DNA of 63,817 nucleotides, the filler included, from Perkinsus chesapeaki ATCC PRA-425 (Eukaryota; Protista; Perkinsozoa): assembly GCA_013115145.1 (NCBI GenBank). It is 8 parts of 8 records of this genome, joined end to end, with 100 filler letters (N's around TTAATTAATTAA, not from the genome) between each part and the next. Parts side by side here need not be neighbours in the genome. Positions count along the whole stretch, not along the records: positions 26,405 to 47,006 come from JAAPAO010000616.1; positions 47,107 to 52,388 come from JAAPAO010001174.1; 6 more parts are not named here. One strand, given 5' to 3'. Positions 37,700-50,249 of the stretch are shown here, one piece after another. Position 1 is the stretch's first letter; every line of letters begins with the position of its first letter. A program made the position numbers and the translations under genes. A model generated the notes under the pieces. That model made no database searches and had not been told where the DNA came from. It worked only from the letters and a program-made list of their open reading frames with translations.

Positions 37700-39249
37700 A
37701 TGTCTGATGACGATCGGTGCGGAGAGTCAACGGATAATTGGAACTCTGATGACGAGCCACCTGAAGAGCAAGTGAATGACAAGATGATTATCAGTCGAGA
37801 TGGTGCGTCATGTCGAGGAAAAGATGCCCCAAAATAGTCGACGACAGTCCTTAAAATGGTCGCTTAGTGATTTTCTAACGAGTTTGCGGCCAATGAGTAT
37901 TCCGAGATAGATACTTCCGACTTCGCTTGTTTGATGATTCGCCACAGCAGCGATGACTTAACGTGGTTACCTCAGGTTCGTTGGCTCGCACTGTGGTGCG
38001 AGTCGGTAAGGCCGTCGACGGTTCTGACCGTCCCGGCAAGTATGACAGAGTTTGCGTGAAGTAAACAATCATGGCTCAAGTAGGGTCGAGTTATTTCGGC
38101 CCAGGTTCCGAGATGTGTCGGTCAGTGATGACAACGAATGGGTAAGTGTCGACTTCGAGGTAGGGTCATGCGACCCCCGAGTGCCAAGTGCTATCGATGT
38201 CGGTGTGAGGTGAGTGGTGACGGCTGTGGGACTTGCTCCATGCGACTAAGGTACATGACGATTGGGTCCCAGTGTAGACTGGAGTCGTATAATGCAGCTT
38301 GGAGGCATCCTTACCAGGACGAAGCGGATATGTTACGGGGAAAGAGCGTTGCACCATCGAAGAAGAAGTGTGGCTCCTGCTATGACCGTTCTAGTGGAAA
38401 TGATGTTTATTATTTTTCGTTATAAACTTCATAGAGCATCGCTTCATAGAACCCTCAACAGTAGACTTCGAGCGCCGATCTAAGTGTAGGTGATCTAGGT
38501 GTAAGCTGCTCGTTAGTAACCTAGTGCTCAAAGGCCCAGTCCGCACTCATGGCCAAACTGGCAAGCTTAGGTTCCAGTTCATGCTTTCCCCACCGAGCGC
38601 ATCGCCTGTGCTGAACAGTACGCCGATAGGCTTTATTGTGGAGCTCGAGTCTCTCAGTCGCTGTGCTGTATTGCGGGATGACGGTTTGCTCCGGAAATGG
38701 GTGAGTCAAAAGGGAACTTCCTCCTGGAACGCCGAACCGATTTTAGACTATCAAGAAGCGCGACCCTCGAATGGTCTGGAAGGCATCACCGAAGGTCGGC
38801 GATACTATCACGATCGTAAAGGTGAGGACTGCTTAGTGCTTGTGGCGCACAGAACGCGCTCAGGATGGTGGTGCCCCTGAGACTCGCCTGATGAGGGATG
38901 CGTATGTCGACCGAGCGATGGAATCTATGAAGGTGGGCAGGGACGATTTCTTCACTCTTCTGCTCGCCCCTATCATGACAGATCGGCGAGGTTGCACGAA
39001 TCGAAGTCCTGGTTCCTGGCCACCTCGAGACAGTCAACGAGCTCGAGCTTCGAGAGGTTCCTTGCCAATGCGGCACATCTGTTGACTAGTTGGTGGCAGG
39101 TGTACCCCTTTAACGAGATAAAACATCCGCGCGATGATGCAGCTAAGCTCCTTGGGAAGCAGGAGATGCCTCAAGCAATGGGCTTACCGCTGAGTAACGG
39201 CTATCTAGCTCACACTGTGCATCGCGCTCAATGCGTGCAAGGTCAATGA
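37700..39249 (+). CDS. multi-exon hypothetical protein
   Basis: Chain of exon-like ORFs (38524-38880, 38840-39085, 38992-39249). Confidence 0.35.
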
Positions 39250-40110
39250 GACCTACGAATCTGTCTAGCCGGCGCGAAGGTTCAGGAAGCTCGCGATCGT
39301 TGTGCTCTATTGCCAGCACGAGTCTGGTGCAGCCGCTTTGGCTACACTGCTTCAGACTCATCATCGCTGGGGCATCACTTCACTATGATCATTGGGTCTC
39401 AGTGCGCACGGTAGAAGAATAGGATGCTCCATAGTCCGCCTCTGAATTTCCGCAGACGTGCAGTCACGCGCGTGCAGCGCAGTTTGTTCCTTGGTTGATG
39501 CGTATATCTCTATCCTGGAACAGTTGCTGCCGTATCGGCATGTGTGCAGAGCCAACGTCAGTTCTTCTTTGTTGTTTGAGGCCAATGTGGCCTCGAGCTC
39601 GTCAGTCGGGAGCCGCGCTACCGTACAATGTACGGCGTACATCTGCGTGATTTACGAATTATTTTCTCAAGATGGAGATGACATCTCATTCACGTTGGTT
39701 CGCAGTATATTCTCGTTCTCCACGGCAGGTCGAACCCTCGTTGTCGAGGATGACTCCACGGTAACAGTCGGTATTAAAGGGCACTGTGGAGACATAGCTC
39801 ATGTTTTAAGATGGATGTAAGGATCATTCTTCGTTTATTGACGAAGAGCTGGTTGTTGTCACCACCGAGTACCCACCTCTTAGTGACTACATACAATAAA
39901 TGTTCATTATTGGGCGTATCATTTTCGGCAGATGCGGTCGGTACATCGTCCATCCCATTTTCGACGTCATCGTCAGAGGCATGCGCGTCGGCGAGAGGGC
40001 TGAATTTACCGTAGGAGGAATACTGCCGATTAAGACATCATTTCACTCAGGTTCTCCCGGAAGCTGATACGGCGTATTTGTCCGAAGCGAAACTATGCGT
40101 TAATTCCGCC

Positions 40111-41255
40111 ATGGGAGTGGATGTGTTGGCCTCGGGCACGACTACGGAAGAGGCCGTCCGAAAGTGAGTTGCTCCGGAAATTTGGAAGCATCTTTTATCA
40201 GTTGGCACGCTGCAGAGATGAGTTGCGCAATCGAGGAGAAAGTCTCTCTGAGTGCCTTTACTGGTCCCGTTTGCGAAATTGTTCTCATCACTGTGGGAAA
40301 TGATCACCAAGTTGATTCTGAAGGTACACGGATATTGTACTTCATCTTCTATCTGTTTCTTATTCTTCAGGTCAGCTAGGCCGTGCTGCTCTTAGCAAAG
40401 ATACAGGAAACCGTTTATTAGCTCTTGGTGCTCTTGGCGAGGCAAAATCCGAGTAGGAGCAAGACCTCCTTTCCGCCGTGTACTTTGCTCAAGATACATG
40501 CGTGCTCTTGATTCACTAAAGATGGTGTGCACAACTCAAAGTCCTGAATTTTCAGAGGGGAATCCTCTCGAGACTGCTGTAAGCACCGCCTTCAAAGATG
40601 CCCCTGTAGCAGGCCCCTGGTGCAGGTGAACCTAAATCTCGCGTTGGTATGCCTCAAACAAGGGCACCCGGCTGCTGCTGAGGGTTTCGCGAAACGGGCA
40701 AGGGAATTGGATCACACCAGTGTCAAAGCTAAGTGGGCATTACTGCGCAACTCAAGAAACGTGTATTGGTAGATATCGGCTCGCGTTGGCTTTGATAGAA
40801 CAGCACAAAGAAGAGGATGAAGCTATGAGCATGCTCAAAGTACGTACTTCGACGATGCGATGAGGCACCTACTGTCATACCGCGTTTCATAGAAAAGTTG
40901 GTTCCTCGTCAAAGCCAGTATCCCGAATAACCGAGTGCCCTGTTCTTGGCTGTCTTTCCCAAATCCTTGTACATCTTGTATTCCCCTTGTGTTACATTGA
41001 TGTCTTGTATTCCACAGGAAGGCGGTCTTGTTCTCGGTTCAAACAATCTCGCTTTTTCTTTGACTATTATAACTTCACCACTGCTTGAAAGGTGTTCTGG
41101 CGGCTTGTTCGGTGAGGGCCGCTACCGTAGCAAGCTTTTTTCAGGAAATTCGAGACACGTCGGCTGAAGCTCAAGCGCTTATATTACGTCTCAAAACCGA
41201 GCAGAAGATGAAAAAGCGGAAAGAGAGAGAGCTGTTTCAGTCCATGCTGAAGTGA
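40111..41255 (+). CDS. TPR co-chaperone-like protein (FKBP/AIP-type TPR)
   Basis: Spliced KDTGNRLLALG...YMRAL, NLALVCLKQG, KAKYRLALAL, ending KRKERELFQSMLK-stop. Confidence 0.7.
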
Positions 41256-41604
41256 ACTACTTCAAGTGTGTTGCGTTGGCTCTCCGACACGTTCGTGTGA
41301 CGTATCCCGTTTGTGACCGTCCCCGTTCTGTCCCTAAGAAATCTTAAATAAGATGTTTTTCGGTATATCAATCAGACTGCTTCGCACGCGGGAGACAGCT
41401 GATCTGCCCTTACACAATCGAGATACTATCTTCATCCTACAGAGCTTCTTGCGCCTTATCTTATCTTTTCGCGCAACTTACACTCGGCCTTTGCGAATGG
41501 GTGTGACATGGCGCTCATCCGATGTCATGTCTCCGATTCCAGTGGATACGTCTCTTCTTCAGCGGTTGGCAGATAATATCTCTTTGTAGCCCTGCTTTTT
41601 TAAG

Positions 41605-42942
41605 ATGTGCTTACCCTCGGATATGCCGCATCAGGTCGCTATCGAGGCAGCTACCACTGACGTTCTCCATCCTTACGGGGTTAACATAACACGCATACTA
41701 TCACACTGGTTCTACCGCTCATTGTACCTCGGTAGCCGAAGTCCGAGTATGCACCGATACACTCGACGTGTTCCAGAGCTGGATGCTTTCATAAGCCATC
41801 CTTGGGCCCAATCTGCTGGGATGAAATATTTCGCTTTATCTTTACGCTATAATTGTTATTCCGCCTATATTATAACACTACTTGCAGCCTTCTTACTCTC
41901 CTTACTTCGAGTGCGGGCTGAAGCTGCTATTCCTTTGGTATGGGTTATGCTAGTTCTCGGTATGTCTGGATTCGGCAAGCTTTCAATAGGCCAGCCAATG
42001 GTGTTCTTTGACCAGTTCTGTATCCCACAGGACGACAAAAATGCTATGCTTGAAGGTATCATGAACATTGGCCACTATGTTGAGCGGTCTAAGCGTTTAA
42101 CGGTTCTATGGTCTCGAGAGTACAATCGAAGGTTATGGTGTATGTTTGAACTGGCCAGCTTCATTAAGAGGCGTGGGATATCGAATGTTGAGATTTGCCC
42201 GGTTGCAGGGGCTAAGGTCGCTTTGATGTTAGTAAATGTATCATATCTTTATCTGACGTTCCGGTTTTTCTTTAATCTTACTGCGTTCGACTGGATCGTT
42301 GATTACACCTACTCTGCATTATACGTTATTTACTGGTGCTTTTTTTACCTGCCAGAACGTTGCTCAATGCATCGCTACTTTCGCACTGTGGACACCAAAC
42401 ATCTCAGTTGCCTAAAAGATTCTGATCGGATCATGTTGATGGGTCGTATTGAGGAACTGTATGGCAGCTTCACAAACTTTGAGGATCATGTTAGAGATGT
42501 CTTCCACCGCCTACAAGACCAATGGCACTCCAGTGCTTACGTCATAAGACTCTTACTGGTGACGACTTGCCCATTCGTGACAGTGGCTATCTTGACTGGC
42601 AAAATAAGTACCATCCTATCTATAGTTCTGTTGCGGGTCACACTACAGGTTCTCTTAATTATCCTATGTGATGCGAGTATGAAATATGGTATGAGACTGT
42701 CGCGGTGGGCAACGGCTTTTTGCTGCTTGCCTTTGATAGTTGCGCATGGCGAGCTTTTAAGGTTGGCTTGGAAAATGGGAAATTTTCCGCAGGACACTAC
42801 GTCCCCTTCGGTATCATTCTGGGCTACTGCTGTTGTTTTTGTGATGGTCGCGATCTGGGTGAAACGTATTATAAAGCCAGTGAAGAATGTCGAGAACAGC
42901 TATGATTCTTGGATGTGTCCTGAGGTATCATATGGCACCTAA
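41605..42942 (+). CDS. intronless polytopic membrane protein with TIR-like domain
   Basis: 445-aa ORF: LDAFISHPW, VFFDQFCIPQDD, SKRLTVLWSREYNRRLWCMFELASF, interleaved hydrophobic helices. Confidence 0.85.
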   Translation: MCLPSDMPHQVAIEAATTDVLHPYGVNITRILSHWFYRSLYLGSRSPSMHRYTRRVPELDAFISHPWAQSAGMKYFALSLRYNCYSAYIITLLAAFLLSLLRVRAEAAIPLVWVMLVLGMSGFGKLSIGQPMVFFDQFCIPQDDKNAMLEGIMNIGHYVERSKRLTVLWSREYNRRLWCMFELASFIKRRGISNVEICPVAGAKVALMLVNVSYLYLTFRFFFNLTAFDWIVDYTYSALYVIYWCFFYLPERCSMHRYFRTVDTKHLSCLKDSDRIMLMGRIEELYGSFTNFEDHVRDVFHRLQDQWHSSAYVIRLLLVTTCPFVTVAILTGKISTILSIVLLRVTLQVLLIILCDASMKYGMRLSRWATAFCCLPLIVAHGELLRLAWKMGNFPQDTTSPSVSFWATAVVFVMVAIWVKRIIKPVKNVENSYDSWMCPEVSYGT

Positions 42943-44364
42943 TTTCCCCGGAACATTCGGTATGATGTATCGATTATACCGATGTCGCTCCCAATTAGAC
43001 TACTACGGTCCTTTTAGCTTTACATATTATCGTCAATAATCTATTCACAGTCGGAGCCCGTGAGGATGCTGCATAGTTGTATAATCTTTGCCGTCTACTT
43101 GCCCTCGCGCTTCATCAGCTATGTTGTTGTGCTGAGTATGTAACACGATATCTGAGCAATGATTGTACGATTACACACTTGCGGTCGATTTCTCGGGAAC
43201 TGTCTGTACAAATGTTATTTCCATAGTCTTATGTGATGGCTACGGTTCAGTGTTCCTTGGATGGCTCTGACGGCGTTGTTAATGTTGGTAGTGTTCACCA
43301 ATGTGTATTCCCGTTCAACTTGCTTCTTATGTGTTTGGACCAAATACGGCGTGTTTTATCTGAATTAACAGTATTATACTTTTCTCAACCTTTAAATATC
43401 GTGTCACCAAGTTGGGTGGACGGTGTGCCACCATTTGCTTCGGTACCGTCGCGCAGTGCACAAACATGCCGTGTGTTGCGATCCAGGCGGCGATATTGTT
43501 TTTGCGCCAAAGCGTTGCTAATGCTATAAGTTACTATTTGCTGCCAAAATCTTATCTTATTTGAACTATCTTTGTGTTTATATTCTAACTAAATAAACCC
43601 TTGACGTATCGGAAGACTCAGAACTCAAGTTCTGCTACGCCTTCGGCGTCCGCCTAGCGCTAGTAACCGAGTAAGACACAGTTTAGGGATTTGTTTCCTC
43701 CCTCAACCGTGTCTTCCAGCTTCGTCACATTATTCAGATCGTAACTGCGACTGTACGACAACGCTTACTTTCGCTGTGTCGTAGCCCTTCGCGGAATGTA
43801 TTCAATCAAGCAAGTTCCCAAATCGTATGAGTTCCTTGGTCATCTTTCTACTCACTGAGTCTTTTGCAAGTTGCGGTCAATGAACACACGGGATTTGTGC
43901 GCTCCGTGTCTCGTGGTTTGTACGTAGCTAAATGTGCCGAGAGTGCTGGCAGGGCCAGATCGAAGCCCGCTGCCTTAATAGCACTATATAGCAGCCTCGT
44001 AAAATCCTTCTACTAGCCACAAGGGGTTAATATCTAATTCACCCTTGCTCAGTCGCGAAGCTGCCATGCGGGAGCGGTGACGCGCGCCATGAGCAATCAG
44101 CGCGTGTACTTTAGCGCGCGCCTAGAAATCAAATCTTAGGATACAAAACGTAACGGGTCGTTGACTAAGGAGTCCGAGGGTCTCGAGAACGTACATTTAC
44201 GTGTCGCCAATAGCTTGAGTTCATTACGAAAAGGCCCCGGAGTCATCTCGGAAGCTATTATATAGTACGAACCGAACTCGAGTCCAGCTGCTCTGGGCTT
44301 TTCCTGGCCGTTGTCAGTGCTGGAGATATAATTCGTTCTTTGTCATCAGATTGTTCAATATGGC

Positions 44365-46699
44365 ATGACCTCTCCTTCATACTCTTGCTCTTGGCTATCG
44401 CTCATCCTTGTAAGCAAATAACGTTTTACTGCCTCATTAACGTATTCATTCTCTAGTAGTTGCTAACTCCTGGCCTTGACCGCCATTTGCTAGGGATAAT
44501 GTAGCCTTCTCAGATACCACTTATTAGCTCTAAGCTCCACAGCGGTCGAAAAGCTCTTCACACAATACCCCTTCAACCGTCACTAGCTTCAAGTACATCC
44601 TCGTATACCGAAATATAGCAGCATCGTTCTTGCTCAGGGCGGGCTACCAACACGCTGTCATCACTCCTTCAATTGCATCGGTTAGCTCAGACAGAAACCG
44701 TTATGAGTGAGAGCTAGACGAACAAAAGAAACACATTGCGAACTTTTCAGCGGAAATCCCCCTGGCCAATCTGCGGGACACTCAATACGTCGGACCGATA
44801 GGCGTTGGAACATCAGACGATGAAGGCCCCGAGGAAACTGTTAATGTTGTCTTTGACACTGGTAAAATAGAAAGCTTGAAATGGAAGCCTCAGTGCAGTT
44901 GACAGGCTCCACGAATATCTGGATACAATCTGAGTTATGCAAATCACCAGCGTGCATCAATCTTCATCGATTCAACGAGCTTAAGAGCAAAACGTTTATC
45001 AAGTCAAAAAGGTACACCGTCAGTAAGGATAGGCTTCATTCGCCTAGCAGAAGCCGCTACCTTGACATTCTCTTTGGCACGGGCGAGCTACGAGGACTAA
45101 TAGGCGAGGATACGGTATCGGTCGGACCGTACAAGGTGTGGTGGCAACCGAAGGGAGACGGCAGTGGGGGCTTCCGGGATTCAGGTCAGGAACCAAAGCT
45201 TTGCTATGATCAAGCAAGAGATAGGGAAGATCTTTAAGCAAATACCTTTTGAGGGGATACTCGGTTTAGCCTTCCCTAAGATGGCCGCAAGTGAGCCTTG
45301 TGCGAAACATTCCGAGTCGGGCATTGGATTGAGCAGATGGACAATTGCCATTTTTTGATAATGTGATGAGACAGAACGCGTTGGGTGGGCAGAACGAGTT
45401 CAGCTTTTATTTTCAACCGTCACCTGGGAAAGGGTCCGTCATCCTTTTTGGTGGAGTGGATAATAGGTAGGGGCGTCGATCGGGCAATGCAGGGAGCGCA
45501 AAACGGTACTCACTTCTGCAACATATCCGCCGAAGTCAAGGTGAATACCACGAATTGATTAAAGCACTGACAAAGATTTCAGCAATCTGCTTTGGAGTTC
45601 TACAAGTTGTGGAAAAGGACTTCGTTTCGTATTGTAACGCTAATACAGCGATGTTATAAATATATTTGATGATAAGTGATCCTCAATATTGTATTGATAT
45701 CTTTAGTAAAGGTATTATTAGTATCAACATGCATATCTAATTGTCCTATCAAGCTTATGCTTGAGTTGCACGAGCAGTTAGTTGCATAATGTTCTCTTCG
45801 CTGGATTATAGATAGACGCTTTAAAGGATGATAATACGAATAATAATATAGTTTATAATGATAAACGATAATAGATAACCACCGACGGCGCAGTTAATGT
45901 TATTTTTGTAGGCTCTACGATGGACCGATTCGAATGTTCCCAGTTGTCCAAGAATACTATTGGGCAATTGAAGTAGTAGATTTCAGGATTGGTAGGTTGA
46001 GTACCCTAGTTAATATGGAGCATTTACATTAGGTGAAGAATCCTTTATCAGCATTCCATCATTCAGTGCCAGAACCAGAGGGTAGGGGAGCAGACCAAAA
46101 TCGTGGACTCTGTTCGGCAGTTGCGGTTCCGTAGAAGTGTAATTTTCTTAGTTATCGACAACGACCGTCCAGCGTGAATAAAGTCATTTTTGACACTGGC
46201 ACCACGTATTTTGCAGCACCCTCGGCTCTCCTAACACAGTAGAGCTGACAGATTCACCATCGGGCATTTTCTGATTCTCAGGATCTCAAGGAGGCTTCCT
46301 CCAGCACCGTGCGTGGCTGTGGCTGCCCAACCTTGGCAGTACCCAGAAATACATTACTTGCTGAAGGATGAGAACGGCGGACTATTTGATGTGGTGAGAC
46401 ATGCTTACCATTCAAGGACTCTCACCCGCTTCCTCAGGCCGTGCCTGCTACCGAGTACATGCTCGACGCTGGAGCCGGACAGTGTGTTCTTGCATTCATG
46501 CCGATTGATGTCCCAGGAAAGTAAGGCAGAAACGACAGATGCATCCCCTTAGGAATTCATCGCTAGATATGGCCCTGCATTCATACTTGGTGAAGTGTTT
46601 ATGCGGCATTGGTTCACAACGTATGACAGAGGCGACGGCACTCCAGGCAGTGCATTCGTTGGTCTCGCCAGAGCGAGGCACGATTCAAGTGAGCGATAG
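44365..46699 (+). CDS. A1 aspartic protease, plasmepsin IX/X (TgASP3)-like; start uncertain
   Basis: TQYVGPIGVG, VVFDTG-STNIW, LFGTGELRG, IPFEGILGLAFP, EFSFYF, PVVQEYYWAI, VIFDTGTTY, FILGEVFMRHWFTTYDR. Confidence 0.9.
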
Positions 46700-47106
46700 G
46701 TCGAGACGGACGTGGTTGTAAGTGACGGAATTGTTCAGGTTGGTCGCTTCATTCACTTTAATGAAGTGAAAGCCACGCATGAGTGATATCTCAGGCAATC
46801 CTGAGCTCCATGATTTTGCCATCCTCGGAGTTGTTCCAATAATCCGATATGCGTTGTTGTTAAGCAGTTTATACAGTATGATACGCATTGCGCTTTCCGG
46901 TGCAGTTGTTGTTGGTACCAGCCCCCGGGCTGTCACTGGAGAGAACGCGACCCGCCATACGCTAGAGGGATACAGGTCAACCAAAAGTACACTGAGACCT
47001 TGAGCCNNNNNNNNNNNNNNNNNNNNNNNNNNNNNNNNNNNNNNNNNNNNTTAATTAATTAANNNNNNNNNNNNNNNNNNNNNNNNNNNNNNNNNNNNNN
47101 NNNNNN

Positions 47107-47989
47107 ATGCATTAGATATCTCTTCAAGTATCGCTCGCCCAAAGATATTGCACAATTTATGCGCAGTGCGACGCATCAACAGTACCACTACCGTAGTGCT
47201 ATTCCGAATCAGACCATGCAGTGTAAGCGGCCCTGCTGGTATCATTCCAGCACTAGGTCATACAACGAACTAACACCACTGACGGTGATCTATACTATAA
47301 ACAAGCAACATACCTATTAATTATTTAGATAAACTTACTTGCTATTCTAAGCAGCAAAGACCCAGCCTCTCCCAAGGCGATCATGTTACTAATAAGAGTT
47401 AGGAGGAACTGGACGCCGATTATCTGAGCAATGATACTTTCGATGCGCTCAATATATACGTTATTTCCGTACACCGGTGACCATTGAGCGACCCTTTTCA
47501 CCGAAGAGCATCTCCGCAAGGAAACCGTATTCGCGATCTAGAGGCCCAACGCCGTGAGCGCCGCCATATCGTTTGACCTGCAAAAAGACACCCCTAGGGA
47601 TCGAACCAGGGTCGTTTTATTACCGTTTCACAACGCAGGATTCGGACGAGCGTCCATACCATTCCGCCAACTAGACCAGTGAGAAGTGGCGCGAGAATAA
47701 GGCTGAACCAGCCGACGCGAGAAAAGACATATGGAGTCGCGAGATTGGTGGATACTAGGGCGTTGATGCATATCAACATAAATGACCTGAACTTCAACGC
47801 GTGTCTTTCGTCGGTACGAAATGCACGCTTTGACCTCATTTTAATAGACATTATGCCATCCTCCTGCTCCTCCTTAACTACAATAGGCTCTTCAACGGCT
47901 GGCAACTCCGTCATCTGGAATATCTCCGTGGAACTCAACGAAAACCTCAACTTTCTTTCCACTGTGGGAGGGTCTTCTGCAAATGACAC
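47107..47989 (-). CDS. amino-acid transporter (Aa_trans/AAAP family), truncated by gap; upstream exon likely
   Basis: FMLICINALVSTNLATPYVFSRVGW, spliced EYGFLAEMLFGEKG, IIGVQFLLTLISNMIALGE. Confidence 0.7.
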
Positions 47990-49352
47990 CTAATAAAATA
48001 TAAGTTTTACAGTTTAAACGCTTGATCAGTTTTATCGTAAATAGATGCCAAGGAAACTCGATAACTCTACTAAAATTCGCAATGTCCACTATGCGAATCA
48101 CTTACAACATTATACGTAACGATAGTTCAGCGTTTATATTAATAACAAAAGTAATAAAATTTATAGTAGACGTCTCTTTCGATAACACTACCATTAAAGC
48201 TATATAGACATCGTGTAGGTCGTAGACACATAAAATACCAATAAACATTACTTTTAATAACAACACCCAAAACGCTCTTAACGAAGCCTTGTGACCGACT
48301 GATCTACAACCCTGGGGAGGTTCATATATCAACCCCTACTTTCTACCACCCCATACTTCCTGATTTATCGAAACACCGTGAGGATAGCGACATATGGTAC
48401 AAATTAAACCACTCCTTCCCCCATGAGACGCTCAATAGAGGAGCACTCAGACTTGAAGGAATGGCCACCAGTGAACCAAATTTATAAACCAATGTTCATT
48501 TTTCAGGTGCCATTTTAAGGTGCAAAATGTTCCATCAAATAGTTGCGGACAGTTTCGGAAATCGGATGCCTTTCGCGACTTCAGGGACGCTGCTCACTCT
48601 CCGACTTTCAGCATTTCTCGCCATCAGTAGATGAGAACTATCACCAGAAAGATTGGGATATATGCTACTATTAGGCGCTTCCTAGCGTATCCTCCACAAT
48701 GAAGCAGCGTATCGGAACGTCGCCGTTGGCCGTGCTGCGAAGTTGTCCAGGCGTATATGCGAGCCCCTAGTGATATCCGGCATGAAATACATTATAAAGC
48801 TGCTGGAAAATTCTGGAGAAATTGCGCAGCAAATTTTCACTATTCTTTCAAATTTTGAGCGAATTGACAAGCAATAGTATGCATATAGAGAAGTAAACGA
48901 ATCAAGCTCGAATGAATCTTACTACCTTTGGACCTCCCTCTTCGCCTTCAGCAAGATGCGATGACGTTTCAATAATGCAAAATAAAACTTCCAAGAATCA
49001 TACACGCCCGTTCCGAAGCGTTAAGATGCTTTGCAAGTTCAACCTTTGGATTGTGCAATGAAGGCGGCATTCAGGTATGCCTCAACCAATCGAAGTTCTG
49101 GCCTTTTTCTCTCACCCCACCGTGGAGTGAACACGCATTTTCTGAATCGGGCACGCCATTCTAATCGATTTGCGTATGTGTTTTTGTTTTGGTGATCTTG
49201 CGTTCTTAAGGTGAAGTCGACCTTATTTGTATTTTGCGCGCTCAACTTATGGATACTGGGGTGTTGAGAGAAGTCGAGGGGTATCCTTCTTATCATCGAA
49301 GATACAAAACTGGTCGAGTTTTATGCTGTTAGTGTTTGCGCTCGATTTGAAG

Positions 49353-50100
49353 ATGTCCTTTCATCGGGCTTTCGCAAGGGTCGTCTGCAACTACAACAAA
49401 AGTATTGAAGGATCCGTTCCATGGTAATATGGTATCTTAAGTTGAAGCTTGACTTTCATAATTAGGTATCAAGTGAAGCGAGAGAAGTCTCCTTTTCAAC
49501 AGGTTTGGGATGAAGTCTTCACCCCGATATGGTTCAAGCTCGTCAAGGGACCGTAAGATTCCCCCACTCAATCTCCAGTGACTAGCTTCAACGTCAGATA
49601 CGAGCGCTGGGAATATAACGCTCTCGTTGCTCGCTATAGAGGAATGGGTATTATGGCCGATGATGCCATGAACGATAAGGTACCCCGGTTCGATTCTTGG
49701 CGGCGGCATCTCGCTCTCAGGATATGGTCGTTGAACGTGCACTAGATATAATTCCAGAAGATATCAGAATACAAAGGTATAGGCGGATGATGCGAGGTGA
49801 GCAATCCAACCTATAAAGTATTTTTTAGCCGTTTCACCCGTAGGTGCAACCTTAGCTGGTCGTAAGCTTCATTTACCTTTGGAACTACAGAACTACGATC
49901 CTATGGTACCATATATGGCACCGTACATCGAAGAAGCTAAGTTCCAAATGCAAGAAGAACAGGAACTATTGGCATATCATCCTTGGGATCGACGATTGTA
50001 AGCTTCCCTATAGATAACCCATTTTATTTTCCTTAGGTACACTGCGGGTGTGTCGGGTTTCGGCGAGACGAGTATGCACTCTACGTTCTTCACGATGTAG
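49353..50100 (+). CDS. QCR7: cytochrome bc1 complex subunit 7 (apicomplexan-type)
   Basis: Spliced YERWEYNALVARYRGMGIMADDAMNDKDMVVERALDIIPEDIRIQRYRRMMR...LQNYDPMVPYMAPYIEEAKFQMQEEQELLAYHPWDRRLY. Confidence 0.88.
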
Positions 50101-50249
50101 TTTGCTCCCCAGAAGTATTGGTACATTCGTCGCTTAGTGCGACGATCATTAGTGGCATTATTGGCGCCAAAGGTGGAGGATACATTTTTATTTTGAGAGC
50201 TTAGTGGAGTTCGAGTGGTTAATAAATTTAGCAGGAAAATAACGAAAAG

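Noticed and set aside
41584-41607. gtagcc...aag-ATG before the intronless TIR gene as a spliced-leader relic
   Set aside because: Middle does not match; equally explained as a pyrimidine tract plus AG acceptor
46998-47006. GGCTCAAG at contig edge (minus) as spliced-leader end
   Set aside because: Only 8 nt visible before the gap; cannot be evaluated
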